A stretch of 64,000 nt of DNA from an uncultured Gammaproteobacteria bacterium (GCA_963729605.1 CAVSNY010000007.1:832001-896000); one strand, 5' to 3'; positions 42,300 through 52,789 are shown, numbered from the stretch's first letter. Program-made: numbers and translations. Notes: generated from the sequence alone by a model not told the origin.

Positions 42300-44372
42300 A
42301 TGATTAGTCTCGGTAGCCTGAGTTACGGTAGCGCGGTGCTGGCCTTCGCGGTGTTATCGCTGTTGCTGCTGACCAGTTGGCGCGGCCGCCTGCAAGGCGG
42401 TTTGTTGGTGGCGGTCTCCGTGATCAGCCTGTTGTGGGCGGCGGTGATCACCGCTTTGCAATTGGGCGTCGTCGCCTTGCTGCCCGTCGTCGGGATACTG
42501 GAAGTATTGCGGGCCTTGGTATGGGCGGTATTGCTGCTGAAATTGCTCAACCCCGCCGGGGGTTGGCGGGCCTTGCTGGCGGGGCGGGCCCGCTGGTGGA
42601 CGCTGGGTTTGTCGGCACTCACGCTGTTGTTGCTGGCGCTGGTGCTGGTGCCTTTTCTGGCCAATGAACCCTTGGTGGACGCACTGGGGGTGGACGCCCG
42701 TATCCTCGGCCAGGTGATCATGGCGATAGCGGGGCTGGTGCTGGTCGAACAGTTGTTCCGCAACGCGCGGCCCGACAGCCGCTGGGCCATCAAATACCTG
42801 TGTTTCGGCGTGGGCGGGCTGCTGGCCTACGACTTCTTTTTTTATTCCGACGCCCTCTTGTTCAAGCGGCTCGACCTCGATTTGTGGGAGGCGCGCGGTT
42901 TGATCAACGCCCTGGTGGTGCCGCTCATCGCCGTATCGGCGGCCCGCAATCCGGAATGGTCGCTGGACGTGTTCGTGTCACGGCGCATCGTGTTTCACAG
43001 CGCCGCGGTGTTGGGGGCGGGTATTTATCTGTTGGCGATGGCCGCCGGCGGCGTGTATCTCCGGATCTACGGCGGCACCTGGGGCAATCTGGCGCAGGCG
43101 GCGTTTTTGTTCGGCGCCGGTCTGGTGTTGGTGGTGGTGTTGTTCTCGGGGCAGATGCAGGCGCGGTTGCGGGTATTCCTCAACAAGCATTTTTTCAATT
43201 ACCGCTACGATTATCGCGAAGAATGGCTGCGTTTCATCCGGACCCTGTCCGCCGGCGAGCCCGGCGTGCCGCTGCGGGAGCGGGCCATCGAGGCGGTCGC
43301 CAACATCATGGACAGCCCGGGCGGCGCCTTGTGGTGGCGGCGCGAGCCGGCCTATTTCGAGGTGATCGCGCATTGGAATATGTCGGAGGTGGGCAAGGCC
43401 AACGAACCCGCCGACGGGGCCTTGGCCCGTTTTCTCACCGCCCGCGAGTGGGTGATCGACCTCAGCGAGCACGATAACAAACCCGAGATCTACGCCGACC
43501 TGCCGTTGCCGGATTGGTTGCGGGACTTGGAGCGGGCGTGGCTGGTGGTGCCGCTCATCCATCATGAGGGGCTGTTCGGTTTTATCGTGCTGGCCCAGCC
43601 CCGCGCGCCGCGGACCTGCAATTGGGAAGACAACGACCTGCTCAAAACCGCGGGCCGGCAGGCCGCCAATCATATCGCCCAGCTGGAAGCGGCCGAGGCC
43701 TTGGCCAATGCCCGGCAGTTCGAGGCATTCAATCGCCTCTCGGCATTTTTGATTCACGATTTAAAAAACGTGGTGGCGCAGTTGTCTCTGGTGGTGAGCA
43801 ACGCCGCCAAACACCGGCACAACCCGGCCTTCGTCGATGATGCGTTTAAAACCGTGGAACACGCCACCGGCAAGATGAATCGGATGTTGGCCCAATTGCG
43901 TTCCGGCGCGGTCGCCGGCGGCCGCTTGACCCGCGTCGATCTGACCAAGTTGCTGGGCGAGGTGGTGAGCGCCCGCTCCGTCGATCAGCCGGTGCCTGTG
44001 CTAAAGTGTGGCGAGCCTGCTTTGGTCGTCACCGCGGAACGGGAACGCTTGGCGGATGTGTTGGGACACGTGGTGCAAAACGCCCAGCAGGCGACCCCGT
44101 CGGCGGGCAAGGTTGAAATTGTCTTACAGCGATACGCCGAGGCGGCCGTTATAGAGGTGGCGGATACCGGTTGCGGTATGGATGCCGATTTTATCCGCGA
44201 CCGGCTGTTTCGCCCCTTCGATTCCACCAAGGGCAGGGCGGGTATGGGTATCGGCGCCTATGAGACCCGCGAATTCGTGCGCGAGATGGGCGGGCAATTG
44301 GATGTGGAGAGTCAGCCCGGGAAAGGCACGCTATTTCGCATTCAACTCCCCTTGGACCGCGAAGACGGCTAA
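42300..44372 (+). CDS. prsK: PEP-CTERM system histidine kinase PrsK
   Basis: Multi-TM N-terminus, KHFFNYRYDYREEWL, GAF domain, QFEAFNRLSAFLIHDLKN H-box and GMGIGAYE. Confidence 0.93.
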   Translation: MISLGSLSYGSAVLAFAVLSLLLLTSWRGRLQGGLLVAVSVISLLWAAVITALQLGVVALLPVVGILEVLRALVWAVLLLKLLNPAGGWRALLAGRARWWTLGLSALTLLLLALVLVPFLANEPLVDALGVDARILGQVIMAIAGLVLVEQLFRNARPDSRWAIKYLCFGVGGLLAYDFFFYSDALLFKRLDLDLWEARGLINALVVPLIAVSAARNPEWSLDVFVSRRIVFHSAAVLGAGIYLLAMAAGGVYLRIYGGTWGNLAQAAFLFGAGLVLVVVLFSGQMQARLRVFLNKHFFNYRYDYREEWLRFIRTLSAGEPGVPLRERAIEAVANIMDSPGGALWWRREPAYFEVIAHWNMSEVGKANEPADGALARFLTAREWVIDLSEHDNKPEIYADLPLPDWLRDLERAWLVVPLIHHEGLFGFIVLAQPRAPRTCNWEDNDLLKTAGRQAANHIAQLEAAEALANARQFEAFNRLSAFLIHDLKNVVAQLSLVVSNAAKHRHNPAFVDDAFKTVEHATGKMNRMLAQLRSGAVAGGRLTRVDLTKLLGEVVSARSVDQPVPVLKCGEPALVVTAERERLADVLGHVVQNAQQATPSAGKVEIVLQRYAEAAVIEVADTGCGMDADFIRDRLFRPFDSTKGRAGMGIGAYETREFVREMGGQLDVESQPGKGTLFRIQLPLDREDG

Positions 44373-44408
44373 GTGATGATCGGCGGTTGATTGGCGAAGA
44401 CCTTGAGG

Positions 44409-45776
44409 ATGGCACTGTTGAGTGATAAACAAACAACCCTGTTGATCGTTGAAGACGACCCCGGCCTGCAAAGCCAGTTGCGCTGGAGCTTCGAGGGTTT
44501 CGACGTGGTGGTGGCCGGCGATCGCGTGGCGGCCCTGGCCGCGCTCAAAAAGCATCAGCCGCCGGTGGTGACCCTCGATTTGGGCCTGCCGCCCGACGCC
44601 GACGGGGCGAGCGAAGGGCTGGCCACCTTGGAGCAGATATTGGGCGCGGCGCCCGATACCAAGGTCATCGTCGTGTCCGGCAATGAAGACCGCGAAAACG
44701 CGGTGCGCGCCGTCGGTCTCGGCGCCTACGATTTCTATCAGAAACCCATCGACGCCGAGATACTCCGTCTGATCGTCGAGCGGGCCCATCACGTCTATGT
44801 GCTCGAACAGGAAAACCGGCGGCTGAGCGCCACCGCCAATTCGCCCTTGACGGGCCTGATCGCCAGCAGTCCGCAGATGTTGAAGGTGTGCCGCACCGTG
44901 GAAAAGGTGGCGCCCACCGATGCCACGACCTTGCTGTTGGGCGAGAGCGGCACCGGCAAGGAGGTCATCGCCCGCGCCCTGCACGATTTGAGTCCGCGCG
45001 CCAAGAACCGCTTCGTGGCGATCAACTGCGCGGCCATCCCCGACACCTTGCTGGAGAGCGAGTTGTTCGGTTACGAGAAAGGGGCCTTCACCGGCGCCGC
45101 CAAACAGACCCTCGGCAAAATCGAATATGCCAACGGCGGCACCCTGTTTCTCGATGAAGTGGGCGATATTCCCATGACGCTGCAGGTGAAGCTGCTGCGT
45201 TTTCTTCAAGAACGGATCATCGAGCGGCTGGGCGGGCGGCAGGAAATCCCGGTCGAGGTGCGGGTGGTGTGCGCCACCCATCAAGATTTGACCGCCTTGG
45301 TGAAGAGCGGCGAATTCCGCGAGGACTTGTATTACCGCATCAGCGAGATCACCATCCGCATCCCGCCTTTGCGCGAGCGCGAGGGCGATGCCTTGTTGTT
45401 GGCGCGGACCTTCCTCGACCGCTACAGCGAACAGCATCGCCGTAATCTGAAGGGTTTCGCCCACGACGCGGTGGCGGCCATCGAGGCCCACACCTGGCCC
45501 GGCAATGTGCGCGAGCTGGAAAATAAAATGAAGCGCGCGGTCATCATGGCCGAAGGCAATCGTCTCACCGCCGAAGAATTGGAATTGAGCGTGGCCGCGG
45601 GCGCGGGTGAGTTGAATCTCAATCTCCGCGAGGTGCGCGAAAAGGCGGAGCGCGCCGCCGTGCAGCGGGCCTTGAGTCTCTATCACGGCAACATCTCGCA
45701 GGCGGCCGAGGCCCTCGGCGTGAGCCGGCCCACGATGTATGACCTGATGAATAAATACGGGCTGAAATCCGCGTAA
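44409..45776 (+). CDS. prsR: PEP-CTERM-box sigma54-dependent response regulator PrsR (start uncertain)
   Basis: REC domain (IVEDDPGLQ, TLDLGLPP), GESGTGKE, GAFTGA and Fis-type HTH. Confidence 0.93.
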   Translation: MALLSDKQTTLLIVEDDPGLQSQLRWSFEGFDVVVAGDRVAALAALKKHQPPVVTLDLGLPPDADGASEGLATLEQILGAAPDTKVIVVSGNEDRENAVRAVGLGAYDFYQKPIDAEILRLIVERAHHVYVLEQENRRLSATANSPLTGLIASSPQMLKVCRTVEKVAPTDATTLLLGESGTGKEVIARALHDLSPRAKNRFVAINCAAIPDTLLESELFGYEKGAFTGAAKQTLGKIEYANGGTLFLDEVGDIPMTLQVKLLRFLQERIIERLGGRQEIPVEVRVVCATHQDLTALVKSGEFREDLYYRISEITIRIPPLREREGDALLLARTFLDRYSEQHRRNLKGFAHDAVAAIEAHTWPGNVRELENKMKRAVIMAEGNRLTAEELELSVAAGAGELNLNLREVREKAERAAVQRALSLYHGNISQAAEALGVSRPTMYDLMNKYGLKSA

Positions 45777-45855
45777 AATCCGGCTCATGGCGGCGGATGG
45801 ACCTGCCTCCCGGCAGGAATCCGTGTTAAGCTGACGCCCCTCGGTAATCTGGGGG

Positions 45856-48642
45856 ATGCCCATGATCAAGCACACCCGCCTTTGGCGCAGCCTTGCCGGC
45901 GCCAGTCTGGCCCTCGTTTATATGGCCGCGGCGCAAGCGGCGCCCGTCGATCAATATTTGAAAGAGGCCAAGGAGTACCAGCAAAAGGGCGACCATCGGG
46001 CCGCGATCATCCAGCTCAAAAACGCCTTGCAGCAAGAGGCCGGCAATCGGGAGGCCCGCTTGCTGATCGCCCAGAGCTATATCCGCCTGGGTGACGGCGC
46101 CACCGCCGAAAAAGAATTGAAACGCGCCCGCGAATTGGGCGCCACCCCGGACCAGGTCTTGCCGCTGCTGGGCCAGGCTTACCTGCAACAACAGAAATTT
46201 CAGAAAATATTGGATGAACTGAAGACCGATAAAGCGGCCTCGCCCCGGTTGCAGGCCGCGGTGTTGTCGGTGCAGGGCACGGCGCAGATGGCGCTCGGCG
46301 ATTTTGCGCAGGCCAAGGAAAGATTCAGCGCCGCGCTCAAGTTGGATCCGATGGCGCAAGAGGCCTTGCTGGGCCAGGCGCGGGTGGCGCTGTTGCAGCA
46401 AAACCGCGCCGAGGCGGTGCAGCGGGTTGACGAGGTCATGAAAAAGCTGCCGCGGGTGGCCGACAGCTGGCTGGTCAAAGGCGAGTTGCACCGCGTCAAC
46501 GGCGAGGCCCAGCCGGCGATCGACGCTTATCAGCAGGCCCTGGCCCTCGAACCGGACAATCTGAATGCCCGCATCGGCCGGGCCATGATGCTGATCATTC
46601 AGCAGAAGTATCCGGCGGCGGAACAGGACCTCTCCGCGGTATTGCAAGTCGTCCCGAAACAGCCTATCGCCTTGTATCTGCGGGGCGTGGCCGCCTTCCA
46701 GCAGGGGAAGGCCCCCGCCGCGAAAGAGGCATTGCAGCAAGTGCTGGCGGTGGCGCCCAATCACATGCCCAGCCATTTGTTGCTGGGGGCCATTCAGTAC
46801 AGCACGGGCGAATTGGAATCGGCGGCGGAGTCGCTGAAGCGCTTCGTTATCGCAACCCCCGATCATGTGCCGGCCCGCAAGCTGTATGCCGCGGTGTTGC
46901 TCAAGCTCAAGCAGGCGGATCGCGCCGTCGAGACCTTGGATGTAGTGGCTAAACAAACGCCCGACGACCCGCAGCTGCTGGCCCTGCTGGGCAGCGCTTA
47001 CATGCAAAAAGGCGATTTGACCAGGGGCTTGGAATACCTCGAGCGGGCCGCCGCGGTGGCGCCCGACGCGGCGGCGATCCGCACTCAGCTGGCCTTGGGT
47101 TATTTGGCGTCGGGCGAAAGTTCCCAGGCGGTTTCAGAACTGGAATCGGCGGTGGATCTGGGGCAAGGCTTGGTACAGGCCGACATGCTGCTGGTATTTA
47201 CTCATTTGCAGCGCCGTGAATTCGACGAGGCCATCAAGGCGGCGCATGCCCTCGCCAAGAAGACCCCCGCCAGCCCCGTGCCGCTCAATATGCTAGGCGT
47301 GGCCTATTTGGGCAAGCAGGATACCGCCTCGGCCCGTAAACAATTCGATCAGGCCCTCAAGCTCGATCCGGCCTTCAGTCCGGCCCATATGAATCTGGCC
47401 AAGATCGACGAAGCGGCGGGTAAGATTCCCGATGCCAAAAAGCATTACCACGCCATTTTGGCCAAAGACGATAAACATGTCGGCGCCATGTTGGCGCTGG
47501 CCCGTTTGGCCGAGCAAAGCGGTAATCCGCAAGATGCGCTCACTTGGTTGGAGAACGCGCGCAACAAGGCCCCCGACGCCATCGAGCCGAGCCTGGTGCT
47601 GGTGCAATACCATCTGCAACACGGCGCCGCGCCCAAGGCCTTGAGCGCGGCGCGGGAGTTGAGCAACCGTTATCCCGACCACCCCGCCGTCATCGAAACC
47701 CTGGGCAAGGCGCAAATGGCCAACGGCGAGGCCAGCAATGCCATGGCCAGTTTCCGCAAGCTGGTGGCTAAACATCCCAAGGCGTCGCAATCCCACTATC
47801 TTTTGGCCTCGGCCCAGGCGCTGGCCGGCGATACCAAGGCGGCGACCGCCAGTTTGAATAAATCGCTGGAGTTGCAGCCGGACTTCGTGCCGTCCTTGGT
47901 GGCTTTGGCGGGCATTAAAGCGGAGGCCGGGCAGCAGAAAGAGGCCCTCGACGCGGCGAAGCGTATCCAGAAACATTATCCCGACGCGGCGACGGGGCAC
48001 GAGGTGGAAGGCAATATCTACCTCAAGGATGGGAAATTCGCCGAAGCGGTGAAGGCCTATGAGGCGGCTTACAAGAAAGAGGCCACCGGGTCGCTGGCCG
48101 TGAAGCTTTATCAAGCGCGGCGCAGCCTCGGCGAGCCCAATCCCACCGAACCGCTCACGCGCTGGTTGAAGGCCAATCCCGACGATGTCGGGGTGACCAT
48201 GGCCCTGGCCATGGTGTACCAGAACGACAAGCGGGGCAAAGAGGCCATTCCTTATTACGAACGCGTCCTGAAAAAGCAGCCGGACAACGTGGTGGCCCTC
48301 AATAATCTGGCCTGGATATACCAGGAGGAAGGCGACAAGCGCGCGGCGGAGTATGCCGAACGTGCCTATCGTCTCAAGCCCGAGGACGCCCGTATCGCGG
48401 ATACCCTGGGGTGGTTGCTGGTGCAACGGGGCGGCGGTGATCTGGCGCGGGGGGTGACGGTGCTGCAAGAGGCCGTAATGCGCGCGCCGCATATTCCGGA
48501 GATTCGTTATCATTTGGCCGTGGGCTTGAATCAATCCGGCCGGCGTGATGAGGCGCGTAAGGAGTTGAAGCGGTTGTTGGATTCCAAGGATGCGTTTTCC
48601 GAGCGGCCCGCGGCTCAGGAATTGTTGAACAAGCTGCGCTGA
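45856..48642 (+). CDS. prsT: PEP-CTERM system TPR protein PrsT
   Basis: 928 aa with AIIQLKNALQ, many TPR repeats, LNNLAW and DTLGW; follows prsR. Confidence 0.9.
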   Translation: MPMIKHTRLWRSLAGASLALVYMAAAQAAPVDQYLKEAKEYQQKGDHRAAIIQLKNALQQEAGNREARLLIAQSYIRLGDGATAEKELKRARELGATPDQVLPLLGQAYLQQQKFQKILDELKTDKAASPRLQAAVLSVQGTAQMALGDFAQAKERFSAALKLDPMAQEALLGQARVALLQQNRAEAVQRVDEVMKKLPRVADSWLVKGELHRVNGEAQPAIDAYQQALALEPDNLNARIGRAMMLIIQQKYPAAEQDLSAVLQVVPKQPIALYLRGVAAFQQGKAPAAKEALQQVLAVAPNHMPSHLLLGAIQYSTGELESAAESLKRFVIATPDHVPARKLYAAVLLKLKQADRAVETLDVVAKQTPDDPQLLALLGSAYMQKGDLTRGLEYLERAAAVAPDAAAIRTQLALGYLASGESSQAVSELESAVDLGQGLVQADMLLVFTHLQRREFDEAIKAAHALAKKTPASPVPLNMLGVAYLGKQDTASARKQFDQALKLDPAFSPAHMNLAKIDEAAGKIPDAKKHYHAILAKDDKHVGAMLALARLAEQSGNPQDALTWLENARNKAPDAIEPSLVLVQYHLQHGAAPKALSAARELSNRYPDHPAVIETLGKAQMANGEASNAMASFRKLVAKHPKASQSHYLLASAQALAGDTKAATASLNKSLELQPDFVPSLVALAGIKAEAGQQKEALDAAKRIQKHYPDAATGHEVEGNIYLKDGKFAEAVKAYEAAYKKEATGSLAVKLYQARRSLGEPNPTEPLTRWLKANPDDVGVTMALAMVYQNDKRGKEAIPYYERVLKKQPDNVVALNNLAWIYQEEGDKRAAEYAERAYRLKPEDARIADTLGWLLVQRGGGDLARGVTVLQEAVMRAPHIPEIRYHLAVGLNQSGRRDEARKELKRLLDSKDAFSERPAAQELLNKLR

Positions 48643-48659
48643 TATCTGATTAGGTCCGG

Positions 48660-48772
48660 TGTCGGGATCGTTTACAGCTTCGCCGGCTATAATTATCAAA
48701 GAAATTATAAAAGACGGTTTAATCGAAAAAGTTTCGTGAAGAACGTTTGAGGGGCTGTCGGATTAGTTTACA
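48660..48772 (+). promoter_or_regulatory. Two PEP-CTERM boxes (TGTCGGGATCGTTTACA at 48660-48676; TGTCGGATTAGTTTACA at 48756-48772)
   Basis: Consensus TGTCGG-N5-TTTACA shared with 22737-22753. Confidence 0.75.
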
Positions 48773-48847
48773 CCACCTCTTTTCATGTACCGCGGAACGG
48801 CCCATATTTTACGATAACCTATTGTTAATTAATGGAAGAAAGAATAT

Positions 48848-48863
48848 TGGTACGCGGCTTGCT
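48848..48863 (+). promoter_or_regulatory. Sigma54 promoter TGGTACGCGGCTTGCT
   Basis: GG-N10-GC spacing, downstream of the enhancer boxes across an AT-rich spacer. Confidence 0.8.
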
Positions 48864-48929
48864 AATAATGAAGTAGGAGTATTAGGCTCTTAACATTACC
48901 GATTAGGCTTATAACGAGGAGTCAAGCCA

Positions 48930-49958
48930 ATGAAGAAGAAATTATTAGGTGCGGCGGTTTTTATGGCGCTGGGAATGGGTGGCGCCGCCCAAGCGGGTTT
49001 GGTTTTTGACGCTAACGGCGCACTGCCTGGTCAACAGGTCAACGTCGGCGCCTTTGACTGGGATCCGGCGGCGGTGTTGCTGGTGAATGGTAACCAAGCC
49101 GTTGCCAACTGGATTAACAATGAAATAAACGGCTTGCCTCATGGTGGTCCCGATGAGAGCCTGACCGTGCTCGCGCATACCCGCCTGGTTGCGACTTTTA
49201 CTGACAGCAATGTCGTCAATACCCCGAGCGGTTTGAATAGCAGCTACGAGATCACCGCGGTCATGGCCTTCGGTGAGACGGTGGCTGGCGTGTTCAGTCT
49301 TCCTGGTGGTACTACTAACATTGCCGCCTTTACCTTCGACCCTACCAATACCGTGAATTTCTTTGAAATTTATTATGACACCGCCATGAATGCCGACTAT
49401 CTGAGCGGGTTGGGTTTCAATGACGGCCAGATGATACTTTCCTCCACCGTCACCGCCACGACCGGTTTGTTCACGACCACGGGTCTTTCCGCTTTGCCCT
49501 TTGACTCCAGCCCGGACGGCGACCAATGGGGCGGCACCGGCAGCGTGGATGGTTCGGGCAGCAATTTCCCCATCACCATCGAAATTGGCGGACCTCTGAG
49601 CGTGGATCCCGCGTTCATCAAGAACCAGCTGACCAGCTTCATTTTGGCGAACGTGTCCTTGGAAACACCCTTCCTGACCATCAATCCGTCCAACTGCTTT
49701 GGCAATACGGCCAATCCGGTGATTGGTACGGCGGGTGGCGACGCTGATTGCGCGGACGCGTCTGATACCGTTCCCAATATCGGCACCATCAACGGTGGCT
49801 TGCCCATCGGTCCCGGTGGCGGTGGCCCCGACTTTATGGTCCAGACCGACTTCAACAACCCGGTCGCCGCCGTGCCTGAGCCCGGTACCTTGGCCCTGCT
49901 CGGACTGGGTTTGGCCGGCCTCGCTGCGCGTCTCCGCCGCCGTAACCAAGCAGTCTGA
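48930..49958 (+). CDS. PEP-CTERM sorting domain surface protein
   Basis: RBS GAGGAG, signal peptide ending AQA, G/T/N-rich body and C-terminal VPEPGTLALLGLGLAGLAARLRRR. Confidence 0.93.
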   Translation: MKKKLLGAAVFMALGMGGAAQAGLVFDANGALPGQQVNVGAFDWDPAAVLLVNGNQAVANWINNEINGLPHGGPDESLTVLAHTRLVATFTDSNVVNTPSGLNSSYEITAVMAFGETVAGVFSLPGGTTNIAAFTFDPTNTVNFFEIYYDTAMNADYLSGLGFNDGQMILSSTVTATTGLFTTTGLSALPFDSSPDGDQWGGTGSVDGSGSNFPITIEIGGPLSVDPAFIKNQLTSFILANVSLETPFLTINPSNCFGNTANPVIGTAGGDADCADASDTVPNIGTINGGLPIGPGGGGPDFMVQTDFNNPVAAVPEPGTLALLGLGLAGLAARLRRRNQAV

Positions 49959-49997
49959 GTTTTAAGCCTGGTTAAGTAATCGGTAATGTAAACTCTG

Positions 49998-50022
49998 AGG
50001 GGGCCGCAAGGCCCCCTTTTTT
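49998..50022 (+). terminator. Rho-independent terminator whose T-tract overlaps the putative ICE att core
   Basis: AGGGGGCC-GCAA-GGCCCCCT followed by a T tract. Confidence 0.85.
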
Positions 50023-50199
50023 ATTTCACCATGACTCCAGCACCGAACTTCGCTGGACTACGCCACAGCTCGTTGTGGCAGGTTTATCAAGAACTTACGT
50101 GAGTTCATCCTATGCCGGTGCTTTCCGAAACTTGACCCGGCTTCCGTCCGCTTGGCTCCTAACAGGCTCCTGGAAACCGTGTCTTTCCGAGGAGTCATC

Positions 50200-51399
50200 A
50201 TGGCCAAGATCAAACTCACCAAGTCCGCAGTCGATGCGGCACAACCCCAGGCGCAGCCCATCGAGCTGCGTGACACGCTTGTTCCCGGCTTCCTGTGCAA
50301 GATTACACCGGCCGGTCGCAAGGTCTTCATGCTCCAGTACCGGACGAATGCCGGCGAGCGCCGCAAGCCGGCGCTGGGCCTGTACGGAGAGCTGACCGTA
50401 GAGCAAGCCCGCTCGCTGGCGCAGAACTGGCTGGCTGAGGTTCGTCGGGGCGGCGATCCGGGCGCGGCCAAGACCGAGGCGCGCAAAGCGCCCACGGTCA
50501 AGGAACTCTGCGCGACGTTCATGGGGGACTACTCCAAGCAACGCAACAAGCCCAGTACGCAACGAGGCTATCAGGGCGTCATCGACCGCAACATCATCCC
50601 GATCCTGGGCCGCATGAAGGTGCAGGATGTGAAGCGCCCGGATGTCGCGGCGATGATGAAGAAGCTGGAGCACAAGCCGGCAGAGGCGAACCGCACCTTC
50701 AGCGTCATGCGCAAGATGTTCAACATGGCCGAGGTGTGGGGCCACCGGCCCGACGGCACGAACCCATGCCGTCACGTCCCGATGTATCCCGCTGGCAAGA
50801 CAACCCACCTCATCAGCGACGAGGAAATGAGCAAGCTGTTCAAGCAACTCGACAAGGTGGAAGCCGAGGGTATCGAGCCCTATGTCATCCCGCTGGCGAT
50901 CCGCCTGCAATTCGAGTTTGCGGCCCGCCGTTCCGAAATCGTGCTGCTCGAATGGGAGTGGATCGACCTGGAGAACCGCCGCGTGGTCTGGCCCGACAGC
51001 AAGACCGGCGGCATGTCCAAGCCCATGAGCGAGGAAGCCTACCGGTTGCTTTCGACAGCGCCGAGGCGGGAAGGCTCGCGCTATGTGCTGCCGTCGCCGC
51101 GCAATCCCCTCACGCACATGACCTATGGGGAGCATTACGGCGGTTGGAAGCGCACCCTCAAGGCGGCCGGCGTGACGCACGTCGGCACGCACGGCATCCG
51201 CCACCGCTCGGCCACCGATATCGCCAACTCGGGCATCCCGGTGAAGGTCGGCATGGTGCTGACCGCGCACAAGACCGTGGCGATGTTCATGCGCTACGTC
51301 CACACCGAGGACGACCCGGTGCGCCAGGCGGCGGAGCTGGTGGCAAACCGGCGCAAGACGATCACGGGTGCGCAGCGCCCTGCGGAGGTGGTCGCATGA
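50200..51399 (+). CDS. int: Tyrosine recombinase/integrase (Tn4371 type)
   Basis: MAKIKLTKSAVD arm-binding domain; catalytic R (ARRSEI), K (SKTG), HxxR (HGIRHR), H (TAHK) and Y (MRYVH). Confidence 0.93.
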   Translation: MAKIKLTKSAVDAAQPQAQPIELRDTLVPGFLCKITPAGRKVFMLQYRTNAGERRKPALGLYGELTVEQARSLAQNWLAEVRRGGDPGAAKTEARKAPTVKELCATFMGDYSKQRNKPSTQRGYQGVIDRNIIPILGRMKVQDVKRPDVAAMMKKLEHKPAEANRTFSVMRKMFNMAEVWGHRPDGTNPCRHVPMYPAGKTTHLISDEEMSKLFKQLDKVEAEGIEPYVIPLAIRLQFEFAARRSEIVLLEWEWIDLENRRVVWPDSKTGGMSKPMSEEAYRLLSTAPRREGSRYVLPSPRNPLTHMTYGEHYGGWKRTLKAAGVTHVGTHGIRHRSATDIANSGIPVKVGMVLTAHKTVAMFMRYVHTEDDPVRQAAELVANRRKTITGAQRPAEVVA

Positions 51400-52565
51400 G
51401 CAAGAGAACGCTTTCCACGACGACCACGAAAAGCGCCGCAGTGCCAGCCGGCTATGCCGGCATCCACAGTGGCATCGTCGAATTGCTCGATGCCGCGCGC
51501 CAGGCGGCAGCACGCAGCGTCAATGCGTTGATGACGGCGAGCTATTGGGAGATCGGTCGTCGGATCATCGAAGCCGAGCAGCAGGGCAAGCGGCGAGCGG
51601 GGTACGGCGAGCAGTTGATCGCCCGGCTGTCCGCTGACCTGACCGCCCGGTTCGGGCGCGGTTTCAGCCCGGACAACCTGGAGAACATGCGGCGGTTCTT
51701 CCTCGCGTACTCCCGGTCTGCAATTTCCGAGACACTGTCTCGGAAATCTGGAAGCGAGCTGCCTGCCGGGAAATCCGAGGCAGTGTCTCGGAAATTGAAC
51801 CTCTCCGAGCTGGCGCAGGCGTTCACGCTGCCGTGGTCGGCCTACGTGCGGCTGCTGTCGGTCAAGGACGACCACGCCCGCCAGTTCTATGAAGCCGAAG
51901 CCCTGCGCGGTGGCTGGAGCGTGCGCCAGCTTGAACGGCAGATCAGCAGCCAGTTCTACGAGCGCACCGCGCTATCCAAAGACAAGGCCGCGATGCTGGT
52001 CAAGGGTGCGATGCCGAAGCCGGAAGATGCCGTCACGCCCGACGACGCGATCAAAGACCCGTATGTGCTGGAGTTCCTGGACCTCAAGGACGAGTATTCA
52101 GAGTCCGATCTTGAGCAGGCCCTGATCCATCGGCTGCAAGACTTCCTGCTCGAACTCGGCGAGGGGTTCACCTTCGTCGGGCGTCAGCGCCGGTTGCGCA
52201 TCGACCAGACTTGGTATCGGGTTGATCTGCTGTTCTTCCATCGCCGACTGCGCTGTTTGGTCATCATCGACTTGAAGCTCGGTAGCCTGACCCATGCCGA
52301 CGTGGGCCAGATGCACCTGTACTGCAACTATGCGAAGGAGCACTGGACGTTTCACGACGAGAACCCGCCCGTGGGCCTGATCCTCTGCGCCGACAAGGGC
52401 CACGCCTTGGCGCGGTATGCGCTGGAAGGATTGCCCACAAAGGTCATGGCAGCGAACTATCGAACCGTGCTGCCGGATGCCGAGCTGCTGCAAAAGGAAC
52501 TGGAGAACACGCGGCGCCTGCTGGAATCTCGCACAACGATTCGTCCCAAGCCTCGCCAACGATAA
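51396..52565 (+). CDS. YhcG/DUF1016 family PD-(D/E)XK nuclease
   Basis: YWEIGRRI, GWSVRQLERQI, IKDPYVLEFL, FLLELGEGF.FVGRQ, DLLFFHR.LRCLVIIDLK and GQM.LY.NY; ATGA overlap with int. Confidence 0.9.
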   Translation: MSKRTLSTTTTKSAAVPAGYAGIHSGIVELLDAARQAAARSVNALMTASYWEIGRRIIEAEQQGKRRAGYGEQLIARLSADLTARFGRGFSPDNLENMRRFFLAYSRSAISETLSRKSGSELPAGKSEAVSRKLNLSELAQAFTLPWSAYVRLLSVKDDHARQFYEAEALRGGWSVRQLERQISSQFYERTALSKDKAAMLVKGAMPKPEDAVTPDDAIKDPYVLEFLDLKDEYSESDLEQALIHRLQDFLLELGEGFTFVGRQRRLRIDQTWYRVDLLFFHRRLRCLVIIDLKLGSLTHADVGQMHLYCNYAKEHWTFHDENPPVGLILCADKGHALARYALEGLPTKVMAANYRTVLPDAELLQKELENTRRLLESRTTIRPKPRQR

Positions 52566-52644
52566 CGGTGCGTCCCGGCGTGCCGCCGCCGGGTTCGCGG
52601 GCTGCGCCCCGCGCTTTGTGCCGAATCGCGGCCATCCAGCTTTG

Positions 52645-52789
52645 ATCCCTGACGCCTCCGGCCCCTGAGTGCATGCGCGCTCCGCTTGCCTGTCCATGCC
52701 TTCTTGACCGGGATGAGTGGTCTTACTGTTCCCTTCACCGTATCACGGCGTGCTCGCCGTCAAGGGTGGCGCGTGCCTTGCGCGCTGGC
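52645..52789 (+). repeat. Structured intergenic repeat, copy A (truncated; Frpo/ssDNA-promoter-like)
   Basis: ATCCCTGACGCCTCCGGCCC...GCGCGCTCCGCTTGCC...CCCTTCACCGTATCACGGCG.GCTCGCCGTCAAGGG aligns by eye with copies B and C. Confidence 0.8.

Noticed and set aside
49960-50200. tRNA gene at the ICE attachment site
   Set aside because: No cloverleaf, T-arm or CCA; the site is a T-rich terminator.
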